Virus record (IMG/VR): IMGVR_UViG_3300048121_001678 | Coordinates: 62,001-126,000 of that record | Length of the DNA stretch: 64,000 nucleotides | Strand: one strand, 5' to 3' | Part shown: positions 40,103 through 49,821 of the stretch, piece by piece | Layout of the letters: each line of letters begins with the position of its first letter | Position numbering within the stretch: position 1 is the first letter of the stretch | Notes under the pieces: model-generated | What the model saw: only the letters and a program-made list of their open reading frames with translations | Databases searched by the model: none | What the model was told of the DNA's origin: nothing | Program-made: the position numbers and the translations under genes

Positions 40103-41371
40103 TTATAGTGTTCCTGTTAATCTGTCACACCAACCTTTAGATGACGAATAAGGCCATACAACCCAATAAGCTGGTTTTTCAGTTATGTTAAATTGTCTCC
40201 AAACTTTACAATAACCATCTGGGTCATTCATCATTCGGTCTATTTCTGCCCTATCAGCATCCTTTCTGTGAATAGTGTTATCTTCGCTATCGTGGAAAGC
40301 AACTACCCAATATTCATAATCTTTTTCAGGTACTTGCTCATAACCCACATCAATACAATGTTTATAGATAGTCGCAAAACTTTCTAACCATTCTTCTTTA
40401 CTCTCAAAAGTATCGATACCTGGGTTAGGTGGGTAATGTTTATCTAACGTATATTGTTGTACTCCTCTTACACCAAACTTTAATCCTGAATACTCTTCGT
40501 ACTCCTCCAAAGTTCTATTAGGACCAAAACCATACTTACCATCATGACCTTCTTGAGATTCACCATCCATACCAAATAGCTTTCTATTAGTTAAGTGAGA
40601 ATGACTGTTTTTGTTACCCCATTCTTTGTCATCATCCCATTGCTTAGTTCTACCCTTACGAGTATATTCATGCCAAATTAAGACTTTATGTGGGTGGAAC
40701 ATATCATAACCCCATGTGAATGCTCTTGCAGCTATTGAAATCTCCTCACCGTGGAAGTAATACTCAGGATTGTGTTGTACCTCTTCACTGAACTCACCTA
40801 ATGTGAAACAGAAGTGAGCAGAGTAGAATCTTGCGGGTACTGGTGTGTCTAACTCTCTCCAATTTGGAATTGTCTCAGGTAAAAAGAATACCGCACCTTC
40901 AGGAATAAATCGGTCAAATGCCATTCTCCATGGCTCTTGTACTCTAGCACCTGGGTCATTATCAGGGTCAAATGATGAAACATATCCTGTCAATAATGGT
41001 TTTGGTATCCCCATACCTTGGAGTTGTTTTACCATTTTAATCATCTCAACATCCCAATCTTTTGCAAATCTCATATGTGAGTCAATCTGTAAAGTATACA
41101 TCTCTCCTCCATATAATTGTTGAATCGAGTGTCTTGCCCAACACGCACCTTTAGAGTCCTCATAAGGGATGTCTAAAATACGAAAACGTTCGTCATCTCT
41201 ATATTTATCTAAATTGTCAAATCCATCTTCAGAATGATATTGTCTACAAATACCAAATACTAAGTTTTGTGGTCTTTTCGCATTCATTATCATATCCTCA
41301 ATTGTGTTAACTAACTCAGGGTCTCGATATGACGCCACTTGTATGAAAATCTTTTGTGCTCTTCTTGCCAT
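40103..41371 (-). CDS. GT60-like GlcNAc transferase (GlcNAc family)
   Basis: IFIQVASYRDPEL, KGACWAR, LQIDSHMRF..DWD, FHGEEI...ARAFTWGYD.FHP....WHEY. Confidence 0.85.
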   Translation of the reverse strand: MARRAQKIFIQVASYRDPELVNTIEDMIMNAKRPQNLVFGICRQYHSEDGFDNLDKYRDDERFRILDIPYEDSKGACWARHSIQQLYGGEMYTLQIDSHMRFAKDWDVEMIKMVKQLQGMGIPKPLLTGYVSSFDPDNDPGARVQEPWRMAFDRFIPEGAVFFLPETIPNWRELDTPVPARFYSAHFCFTLGEFSEEVQHNPEYYFHGEEISIAARAFTWGYDMFHPHKVLIWHEYTRKGRTKQWDDDKEWGNKNSHSHLTNRKLFGMDGESQEGHDGKYGFGPNRTLEEYEEYSGLKFGVRGVQQYTLDKHYPPNPGIDTFESKEEWLESFATIYKHCIDVGYEQVPEKDYEYWVVAFHDSEDNTIHRKDADRAEIDRMMNDPDGYCKVWRQFNITEKPAYWVVWPYSSSKGWCDRLTGTL

Positions 41372-41433
41372 AATTTTTTTCTTTTATTAAACAATAAACA
41401 AAGAATATTCATAATAAAGTGATATTTATGAAT

Positions 41434-41607
41434 ATGAAACTATTAAAAACAATAAAAGGTTTGGTTAAAGAATCTGAAGACAATTTAGAAAAAGCATTAA
41501 ATTCTAATGTTAATTCTAAAGAGTTAGAAGTACTAAAGGAAAATTATGAAAATTCCCTTAACCTAATATCATTATACGAAAACTTAGAAAACGAAAAAGA
41601 GGATTAA
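41434..41607 (+). CDS. small acidic helical protein
   Basis: MKLLKTIKGLVKES...; TATTTAT at 41423-41429; start could be 41428. Confidence 0.55.
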   Translation: MKLLKTIKGLVKESEDNLEKALNSNVNSKELEVLKENYENSLNLISLYENLENEKED

Positions 41608-41627
41608 TTTCTTAACCCTCTCTTTTT
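41594..41627. terminator. possible bidirectional terminator
   Basis: imperfect inverted repeat AAAAAGAGGATTAA/TTAACCCTCTCTTTTT between convergent genes. Confidence 0.45.
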
Positions 41628-41651
41628 ATTTTTTATATTTTTGTATGGTTT

Positions 41652-44600
41652 CTATTTTGTAATATACTCCACTTCAATCTTATCAATATCTTTTCTTTCT
41701 GCTTGTATAAAGTAATAACAATCAATTTTATTACTAAATAAGTTACCGTTACCAATATGAACTACGTTGTTCTCAATTTTTTTAACATATAAATTTTGAT
41801 GTGAACCTATAGATGTTAATTGAACAGTAATCGTATCGGGGTCTACTAAATCTAACCAATATTCAGGTAATTCAATCTCCTTATCATTAAGTTGTCTACC
41901 TCTAATGTAAACACCGTGTTCTGGTCCCTCCAAGTTACCATGCTTCAGTCTCATTCCCTGTTCTTTCTTCTCGTTATTTGGGTGAGGAATATCAAAGGCC
42001 TTTGACGTGGCAGTTAAGTTACCTTGACCATCCACTCTAAATACAGGTGCCTGATTTGAATCATATCCCGTAGCTATCGCAACTGTTGGAGCCGAACTTA
42101 ATAGTGATAACACGTCACTATATACATCATCTGCCTCGATAAATACTCTAGGTACATTTAACGGTGTCGAAATAGATTTAAATATGTTTAGACTTTCGTT
42201 TGCACTTGACGCAAAATCAAGATTATTACTACCCTGAGTTATAGTACGAAGTGAAGATAATGTACCATCTGTAGAATAAATGTTAGTATTACCCGCAGAA
42301 GTTATATATCCCGCGTCGTTATTAAATCCACTATTACTAATATTACCCTTAGTAAGTTTCTTCTGATTATTTGAGGAATCTACAACCACAAAGAAATCAC
42401 CGTCCCCATTGGATGTCGATGTCGTTAATTCAGATAAGTCAACATTAACATTACTACCATCAACATCAATAAGAGTACCAGCACCTACATTTAAGGATAC
42501 TGAACCACCCAAGGAAGCTGAACCACCACCTGTTAATCCATTACCACCAGTAACAGTGATAGATGAGTTCGCTAACGAACTATTAGGTACATTGGATAAT
42601 CCTAATGCAATCGTACCATTTGTTGTGATTGGCGAACCTGAATCAACATCGATACCGTCTGAACCTGAAATAGCCACAGAAGTAACTGTACCCTGACTAT
42701 TAGTATATGGTAATGCGGCTATTAATGCTTTTTTAGCATTATTGTCAGAATCACTGACAAGTATATAATCAGTATCCTCAATATCATTTGGATATGCACC
42801 CGCGGCAAGAATAATGTTATCAGTACCTAAGTAATCAACATCCACAGTAATCGAACCAGATGTCCCCCCACCCGATAAACCTGTACCCGCAGTTACATTA
42901 GTTATATCACCAACGGTTATAGAACCCCCTAATGATGTTGAAGTACCATTAATGGTTATACTTGAATTTGCCAGTGAACTATTAGGTACGTTGGATAATC
43001 CTAAGGCAATTGTGCCTGAACTTGTGATTGGCGAACCTGAATCTATATCTATACCATCTGAACCTGAAATTGCAACTGATGTTACTGTACCCGACGTATT
43101 TGTATATGGTAAATCAGAAACTAAACCTTTCTTAACATTATTATCACTAGCATCATGGTAAACTATAGTATCGCTTAATCCAATACCTGTACCTTCTAAA
43201 TTAGTCGCAGAATCAATGAAATTATCGGTTCCTGTATAATCTAAAGAGACCGTCACTGAACCAGATGCACCACCACCTGATAAACCTGTACCTGCGGTTA
43301 TATTAGTAATGTCACCAACTGTCACAGTACCACCTAATGATATGGAACTACCATTAATAGTAATACTACTATTAACGAGTTGTGAGTTAGTAATTTGACC
43401 GGCACTAACATCAGAAATAATATCATCACCAGCTATTTGACCACCTAATGAAATATCACTTCCCGCAATATCAATAGAAGAATTAGTTAATGAACTATTA
43501 GGTACGTTTGATAATCCTAATGTTATTGTTCCATTTGTTGTGATTGGCGAACCTGAATCAACATCGATACCATCTGTACCCGAAATTGCAACAGATGTAA
43601 CTGTACCATCATTTGTTGTAAACCCAGCATCGTTATTAAATCCACTTAATTTAATATTAGCTTTAGTAAGTTTTCTTTGTACATTTGAAGAATCTATTAC
43701 CGCGAAGAAATCACCATCACCATCAGATACTGATGTTGCCAATTCTGAAAGGTCCACAGATATTGTATCTGCAGCGACATCAATAAGTGAACCCGCACCA
43801 ACATTAAGTGTAACTGCTCCTGAAGTACCCCCACCTGTTAAACCGTTTCCTGCACCTACTGAGGTAATATCACCCTGATTATTACTGAATGGTAAATCAG
43901 AAACTAATCCGAAATTAACCAACTGTGAACCATCACTAAATAATATATGTGAACTAAGTCCGATTGATTGTGAACTTGCATCAGTTGCAGATAAAATAAT
44001 ATTATCAACACCCGTATAATCAACATTAAGGGTAACCGCACCTGATGTACCACCACCAGTTAAACCATTTCCAGCACTCACACCTGTTATGTCTCCAACA
44101 TTAATTGAACCACCTAAAGATACTGATGTACCATTAATAGTTATAGATGAGTTTGATAATGAACTATTAGGTATACTATTAAGGTTAGCACCACTACCAC
44201 TGAACGAACCAATCACTTGACCTTGGAATGTCGCATCTTTACTCGAAGAGTCAAAGGTCACTGCAGTTCCTGTTTCACCATTGGTTGATAATATTAAATT
44301 ATTATTAGAGAATATTCTGAAATTGTTGGACCCATCATTGTCAAATGCCCCGACATTGGTCATTCTAAGACCGTCCCCATTCTGTGAAATTCTTAAAACG
44401 CTATTAGCATAAACAGTATCCGCAGTTATTGAAGTAAGACCCGCAATAGAAGATGCGGTCCCTCCAAGTGATACAGAAGTAGAACCAATAGTAATACTTG
44501 AATTGTCTAAAGATGCGTTTGGAATAGTCGAGAAAGAAAGTGAACCTGAACCGTTAGTTAATAATACAGTATTCGCTGACCCATCAGATGTTGGGAAAGA

Positions 44601-44717
44601 ATAATCTTCGTTAAATTGTATTGACCCGTTATTAGCTATGCTAAGACGCGTTGTTGTATTTGTTCTCAGATTAATACCTGATATATTACTATAGAAAACT
44701 CCGTTTTTTGTTGCCAT
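41652..44717 (-). CDS. tail fibre protein with internal repeats and C-terminal chaperone-like domain
   Basis: G/S/T-rich GDITxVxAGxGLxGGG repeats; C-terminal KAFDIPHP...HGNLEGPE.GVY.RG...LPEYW..LV. Confidence 0.8.
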   Translation of the reverse strand: MATKNGVFYSNISGINLRTNTTTRLSIANNGSIQFNEDYSFPTSDGSANTVLLTNGSGSLSFSTIPNASLDNSSITIGSTSVSLGGTASSIAGLTSITADTVYANSVLRISQNGDGLRMTNVGAFDNDGSNNFRIFSNNNLILSTNGETGTAVTFDSSSKDATFQGQVIGSFSGSGANLNSIPNSSLSNSSITINGTSVSLGGSINVGDITGVSAGNGLTGGGTSGAVTLNVDYTGVDNIILSATDASSQSIGLSSHILFSDGSQLVNFGLVSDLPFSNNQGDITSVGAGNGLTGGGTSGAVTLNVGAGSLIDVAADTISVDLSELATSVSDGDGDFFAVIDSSNVQRKLTKANIKLSGFNNDAGFTTNDGTVTSVAISGTDGIDVDSGSPITTNGTITLGLSNVPNSSLTNSSIDIAGSDISLGGQIAGDDIISDVSAGQITNSQLVNSSITINGSSISLGGTVTVGDITNITAGTGLSGGGASGSVTVSLDYTGTDNFIDSATNLEGTGIGLSDTIVYHDASDNNVKKGLVSDLPYTNTSGTVTSVAISGSDGIDIDSGSPITSSGTIALGLSNVPNSSLANSSITINGTSTSLGGSITVGDITNVTAGTGLSGGGTSGSITVDVDYLGTDNIILAAGAYPNDIEDTDYILVSDSDNNAKKALIAALPYTNSQGTVTSVAISGSDGIDVDSGSPITTNGTIALGLSNVPNSSLANSSITVTGGNGLTGGGSASLGGSVSLNVGAGTLIDVDGSNVNVDLSELTTSTSNGDGDFFVVVDSSNNQKKLTKGNISNSGFNNDAGYITSAGNTNIYSTDGTLSSLRTITQGSNNLDFASSANESLNIFKSISTPLNVPRVFIEADDVYSDVLSLLSSAPTVAIATGYDSNQAPVFRVDGQGNLTATSKAFDIPHPNNEKKEQGMRLKHGNLEGPEHGVYIRGRQLNDKEIELPEYWLDLVDPDTITVQLTSIGSHQNLYVKKIENNVVHIGNGNLFSNKIDCYYFIQAERKDIDKIEVEYITK

Positions 44718-44816
44718 GTTTAACTCTCTTTTTTTTATTTAAGGCTTCGGGAGAGGTTTAACCCCCTCCCTGTATTATCTAAAGATAAATACTTGTATAA
44801 TAATTTACAGAGTAAA

Positions 44817-47800
44817 TTATATTACTTGTACCCATCCAAACGATTTATAAATGTAGACACCCTCGTCTCCATCGGTTTGGTACACCAACAAACCTGTTGC
44901 CGGACTTCCGATTGCGTCTCTCTGTGTTTCTGTCATCCTTGGGAATAAGAAACCTTTTGTTGTTGACGACACTTCAAGAACTGCACTTGCTGCTGGTGCC
45001 GAAGCTCCGATTGCGACTGCAGATGCACTCTCATCAACTACTAATGTAGTTCCATCAACTGTGAAGTCACCACCAGTAAACGCTAACGTATTACTATCTT
45101 GTGTAACTGTTCTATTACCACCTAATGTTCCATCACTATTAAAGATGTTAGTGTTAACTGACGCACCAACTATAATATCCACAGTATTTGAACCTGTACC
45201 ATTGATGGTTACAGATGAATCTGAAGATGTGAAGTTTAACGTATCAGTGTTTGAACCCGCTGTTGGGTCAACACCTGAAGGTAAATTTATCGTTTTAAAG
45301 ATGTTCTGAGTAGAACCTAAATCAGTGTTAGTGATTGTAAAGTTAGGATACGTACCTGAAGTTGTTATACCTGTACCGTTAGATAAAGAAACTACTTTAT
45401 CGTAAAGGTTAGTTGAACCTTCAGCGATATCATCAGTATCTAAAACAACAGCACCTGTCGCTCCATTTACAGAACTTACTGAGTCAGTATTATCAATCTT
45501 GTCCCATTCAGCACCATTATAAAGAAGGTAGTCACCAACCTGAAAATCAATTGTACCACTACCTAAATCTTGATTACCTGCAACAGAAACACGATACATA
45601 TCACCCGCATCACCTGTTCCATCAGCTAATGTTGGAGTGTTAGTAGCCGCATTCCAGTTACCTTTGTATTCAAATGCTGAAGAAGGTAATTGTGAAGAAG
45701 GTACTCTACCGTTAGCATCAAGTGCCGCGTAACCGTTAGCTGAACCTTTTCTTGAAACAACCTCAACGAATGTATCATCAACAGAAATAACCATTGTATC
45801 CGTCGCCTGTGCAACAGTATCAATACCGTCACCACCTTGGAATGTAGATGTATCACCCAAATCTAATGTTTGAGTTCCACTATCACCCGCCAATGTTAAT
45901 GATGAGTTAGCTAACTTAGCGTTAGATACAGAAGAATCAACTAATTGTGAACCGTTTATTGTTTTGTTTGTTAATGTTTGTGAACCGTCTAATGTTACTA
46001 CTGTAGAATCAATAGCAATTGTTAAATCATCACCTGAAACTGAAGTACCAATACCTGTTCCACCAATCCATGTGATTGTTGAACTACCATTTGGAGTAAC
46101 TGAACCTGTATCACCTGAAATTGCAAATAAAGATATATTTCCCGCATTTACAGAGAAGTCAATCGCACCAGCACCATCAGCAACTATTTCTGCCGAATTA
46201 TCAGCCGATGTAAATGACAATGTACCACCAAGAGCAGTACTATTATTAGACGAACCAGCTCCATCAGCACTTGTAGTGAATGATGAGTTAAGTAATTTAG
46301 CATTTGTTACATTACCGTTAAGAATCTTATCAGTAGTTACAGAATCATTATCAATTGAAGCACTCAATACAACTGCACCTGTACCATCAAATGAAACTGC
46401 TGGTGCAGTTATATCACCTGAGATAGAGAAGTTTTGTGCCGATGCCAATGAACCTGCAGTACCACTAGCATTACCTGTTAAGCTACCAACAAAAGATGTT
46501 GAGGTAACCGAAGTTAAACCAGCGAGTGTAGTTGAAGATGCACCTAAACTAATTGATGTTGTACCAACTGTTAGACTTGAATTAGCTAATTTAGCATTTG
46601 TTACATTACCATCAAGAATTTTAATCGTAGTAACCGCATCCGAATCAATTGAAGCACTCAATGCAACTGCACCTGTACCGTCAAACGAAATTGCTGACGC
46701 TGTGATATCACCACTAATTGAGAAGTTTTGTCCCGACGCTAAAGCCGTAGCCGTATCAGCGTTACCTGTAACATCACCTGTTAAGTCACCACTAAACGCA
46801 GTAGAAGTTACAGATGTTAAACCAGCTAACGTAGTTGAAGACGCACCTAAGACAATTTCCGTCGTACCAACAGTTACACTGTCATTTACTAAAGCTGAGT
46901 TTGGAACATTTGTCCAAATACCAGCAATATCAACAGTATTACCATCATTTCTTGTTAATGTTGCAGTACCACTTGAGAACGTCGCACCTGTTACAAAAGT
47001 ATCAGACGCTGAAGTTGCGAAACCACTAATTACAATGTCAGACTCAAGACCACCATTAATAGAAAGTGTTAAATCACCTGTAGGTATATCTAATGAACCC
47101 GCAGTAATAAATGGTAATTCAAATGAACTTGAGATTGTACCTGTACCCCCGACAGTTAAACCATATGTTCCATCGTAAGACAAATCATCAATTGCGTTTA
47201 CTGTCAATGTGTTACCATTACCCTTGTTATCAGTTAATGTAATTACGTTATCCGCAATAGCACCTGATTCAATTAGGTCAATTGAACCAGTTAACTGAAC
47301 AGATTGTCCGTCATTTCTAGTTACTTCAATAATACCTGTTGATTGGGTATAAGAACCACCTGATACGAAAGTATCCGTACCATCGATTCCTGTAATTGTT
47401 ATATCTGATTCGTCAGAACCATTTACCGATAATGTGATTGTTCCTGCGTTATAAGAACCCGACGTAATGAAGGGTAATGCAACAGGAGTTGCACCAATAG
47501 TTCCTGAACCTGCCAAAGCAACATCCCAAGAACCACCATAAGTTACACCTGTCACTGCTTGTACAGTTAAAGATGTGTTTGTACCGTCAATATCAGATAA
47601 CGTTATTGTATTGTTTGCAATTGCACCCGATACTAATACGTCATCACGGTAAGACATTACACCGTTTACGTCAGACGCTAAAACCCTCACATCTGTTCCT
47701 GATGCAAGACCTTCAATTCTAACTGGTGTTGTACTTCCAGAGATGTGTACTAACGTAGCTGGCGATAGTGTACCAAACCCGTGTCTACCACTGTTGTCAA

Positions 47801-47873
47801 TGATTTCGCGAGTAATTTCGTTAGTTGTGAATTTCAATCCCGTAGAAGAAGAATTTAAACCATTTGTAGCCAT
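44817..47873 (-). CDS. tail fibre/adhesin protein
   Basis: VTNAKLAN repeats, GYAALDANGRVP..QLP, YKGNWNA.TNTP.L, C-terminal SSTTKGFLFPRMT..QRDAI.SPATGL. Confidence 0.8.
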   Translation of the reverse strand: MATNGLNSSSTGLKFTTNEITREIIDNSGRHGFGTLSPATLVHISGSTTPVRIEGLASGTDVRVLASDVNGVMSYRDDVLVSGAIANNTITLSDIDGTNTSLTVQAVTGVTYGGSWDVALAGSGTIGATPVALPFITSGSYNAGTITLSVNGSDESDITITGIDGTDTFVSGGSYTQSTGIIEVTRNDGQSVQLTGSIDLIESGAIADNVITLTDNKGNGNTLTVNAIDDLSYDGTYGLTVGGTGTISSSFELPFITAGSLDIPTGDLTLSINGGLESDIVISGFATSASDTFVTGATFSSGTATLTRNDGNTVDIAGIWTNVPNSALVNDSVTVGTTEIVLGASSTTLAGLTSVTSTAFSGDLTGDVTGNADTATALASGQNFSISGDITASAISFDGTGAVALSASIDSDAVTTIKILDGNVTNAKLANSSLTVGTTSISLGASSTTLAGLTSVTSTSFVGSLTGNASGTAGSLASAQNFSISGDITAPAVSFDGTGAVVLSASIDNDSVTTDKILNGNVTNAKLLNSSFTTSADGAGSSNNSTALGGTLSFTSADNSAEIVADGAGAIDFSVNAGNISLFAISGDTGSVTPNGSSTITWIGGTGIGTSVSGDDLTIAIDSTVVTLDGSQTLTNKTINGSQLVDSSVSNAKLANSSLTLAGDSGTQTLDLGDTSTFQGGDGIDTVAQATDTMVISVDDTFVEVVSRKGSANGYAALDANGRVPSSQLPSSAFEYKGNWNAATNTPTLADGTGDAGDMYRVSVAGNQDLGSGTIDFQVGDYLLYNGAEWDKIDNTDSVSSVNGATGAVVLDTDDIAEGSTNLYDKVVSLSNGTGITTSGTYPNFTITNTDLGSTQNIFKTINLPSGVDPTAGSNTDTLNFTSSDSSVTINGTGSNTVDIIVGASVNTNIFNSDGTLGGNRTVTQDSNTLAFTGGDFTVDGTTLVVDESASAVAIGASAPAASAVLEVSSTTKGFLFPRMTETQRDAIGSPATGLLVYQTDGDEGVYIYKSFGWVQVI

Positions 47874-47918
47874 TTTTCTTTTTTGTTTTTGTTTTATTTT
47901 TTAATCCTTTTAAAAGGC

Positions 47919-49793
47919 CTATAGCACGTTTACCCAACCTTGAGACTTATACATATACATACCTTCTTCTCCGTTTGAGTCAGAGTCTGTACAGTATACC
48001 AATAGTCCTGGTAAGGGTGTGTTTATAGCTAATCGTTGTACTTGAGTCATCCTTGGTATCAGAAGACCTTGATTTGTACTAGCTAATTCTAATAACGCAC
48101 ATACTGGTGATGTTGTCTCAGTACCCATCGATACTGAACCACCACTAAACGTTAAACTATTTGAGTTTTGGTCAACAACTCTATTACTCTCTAATTGACC
48201 ATCAGCACTGTATAGATTACCTGAAGTCGTAAAACCAGTAATTTCTACAGAACCATTAGTGTTATCTAACAGTGATAAGGTACCATTACTCAATGTACCA
48301 CCAGTTATTTCAGGTGCAAAACCACCTACATTAAACTCAGTACCATCATTCATACCTAACGTTAACGTAGTCGGTGTATATGTTGCACCTGTTAAGTATG
48401 TATCATCTTCAGCACCACCATAATTAGGTATGTTTAATACCCCATCTGAAAGAGTCGCAACTCCTGTTGTTCCCGTAGTAGTTAAACTTGTAAAATTAAT
48501 ATCAGGAAATGTTTGTAATGCAAAAGTACCATCCACATATTGAGTATTATTACCTTGTGCAGTAAAATTCAATTGTGCGGTAGGACCACTTGGATTTGTC
48601 TGTGACAAATTCATTGCAGGGTTTGCCGGAGTTGGGAAAGATGTTGTTATCGTCTCAACAGTTGTTGCCGGTAATGTTGGGAATGTTTGAAGTTTAAATT
48701 CACCATCTATATACTGAGTATCATTACCTTGTACAGTCCAATTAAGTTGTGAAATAGGTCCACTTGTATTTGTCTGTGACAAACTCATTGCAGTACCAGC
48801 ATAATTAGGCCAAGATGTGGTTATCTCTTCTATAGTTCCTTGTGGAAGTGTTGATAAAGCAATTAAATCACCTGACCCATTTATATAGTCAGTTGATGCA
48901 CCGGCAAAGGTAAATGATAAATTGGGTCTACTAGTCTCATTTGCAACTGAGACATCTAAAGCTGTACCAACTGTAGTTGCGGTTACAGATGTCACTGTTC
49001 CTACACCATTTTCCCATGGTACATTAACCACCAACTGTTGATTTTCATTAAACTGAATACCATAAGTTCTTTCTACAACCTCACTTACCTCCTGTGCTGG
49101 TATATTTTGAGGAATATCACTAAATAGTTTACCTAATCCAAGCACATTAGAACTCATTGGTCCATAAGTTTCTGAGGTAAACCCTGTTACGTTGATTGTA
49201 CCACCCGTATTGTTATCTAGTGATAAAGTACCTGTTCCTGAGTTGTAAGTACCACCAGTTATTTCCCAATCCGTACCGTAGAAAATTTTCCAACGTGCAT
49301 TTTCTCGTGTAACACCACCCTGACCTTCGACTGAAGAATCTAACCAAGCATCAATAAAATTTGTACCCCCATCAGTACTAGTACTTACAGTTGTAGTATA
49401 ATCAGATTCAGTAGTTGAACCTGAGGCGTTATTCCATAAAGTTTCAAAATTAGAGATTGTATACTGATAAGTTAGTTGTGTTTCATGTACATAAACTAAC
49501 ATACCTAATCTTCTACGTCCCGATGAAATATTATCAGAGTTAAGAGTTAAGTTATCAGGTAAGAATGGTAAAGTCCTCTTAGAATAGTTAACAGGAATAG
49601 TATTACCCGTAAATTCAATTTGACCAGTATCACCATCAGGTATTGTAAAGTTAAGGTCAGAAAGATTATAAACCTCCATGTACCCACCTGTTTGAAGGAC
49701 ACTGAAGTTCGTACCAAATACCTTCTCTCTGCCGACTGAATCAGTTGCGGTTATCTGTGTGGATGAAATTGGATTTTTATAGGTAAAACTCAT
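47919..49793 (-). CDS. tail fibre/adhesin protein
   Basis: RRRLGMLVYV, repeated TQYIDG modules, C-terminal STNQGLLIPRMT..QR.AI.TP..GL. Confidence 0.75.
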   Translation of the reverse strand: MSFTYKNPISSTQITATDSVGREKVFGTNFSVLQTGGYMEVYNLSDLNFTIPDGDTGQIEFTGNTIPVNYSKRTLPFLPDNLTLNSDNISSGRRRLGMLVYVHETQLTYQYTISNFETLWNNASGSTTESDYTTTVSTSTDGGTNFIDAWLDSSVEGQGGVTRENARWKIFYGTDWEITGGTYNSGTGTLSLDNNTGGTINVTGFTSETYGPMSSNVLGLGKLFSDIPQNIPAQEVSEVVERTYGIQFNENQQLVVNVPWENGVGTVTSVTATTVGTALDVSVANETSRPNLSFTFAGASTDYINGSGDLIALSTLPQGTIEEITTSWPNYAGTAMSLSQTNTSGPISQLNWTVQGNDTQYIDGEFKLQTFPTLPATTVETITTSFPTPANPAMNLSQTNPSGPTAQLNFTAQGNNTQYVDGTFALQTFPDINFTSLTTTGTTGVATLSDGVLNIPNYGGAEDDTYLTGATYTPTTLTLGMNDGTEFNVGGFAPEITGGTLSNGTLSLLDNTNGSVEITGFTTSGNLYSADGQLESNRVVDQNSNSLTFSGGSVSMGTETTSPVCALLELASTNQGLLIPRMTQVQRLAINTPLPGLLVYCTDSDSNGEEGMYMYKSQGWVNVL

Positions 49794-49821
49794 TAGTTAT
49801 ATGTTTAATTATAAATAGTTA

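Noticed and set aside
45964-47178. 404-aa plus-strand ORF and similar antisense ORFs (550, 4635, 11745, 42409, 43540)
   Set aside because: Fully antisense to well-supported genes, with the composition expected of reverse-frame shadows
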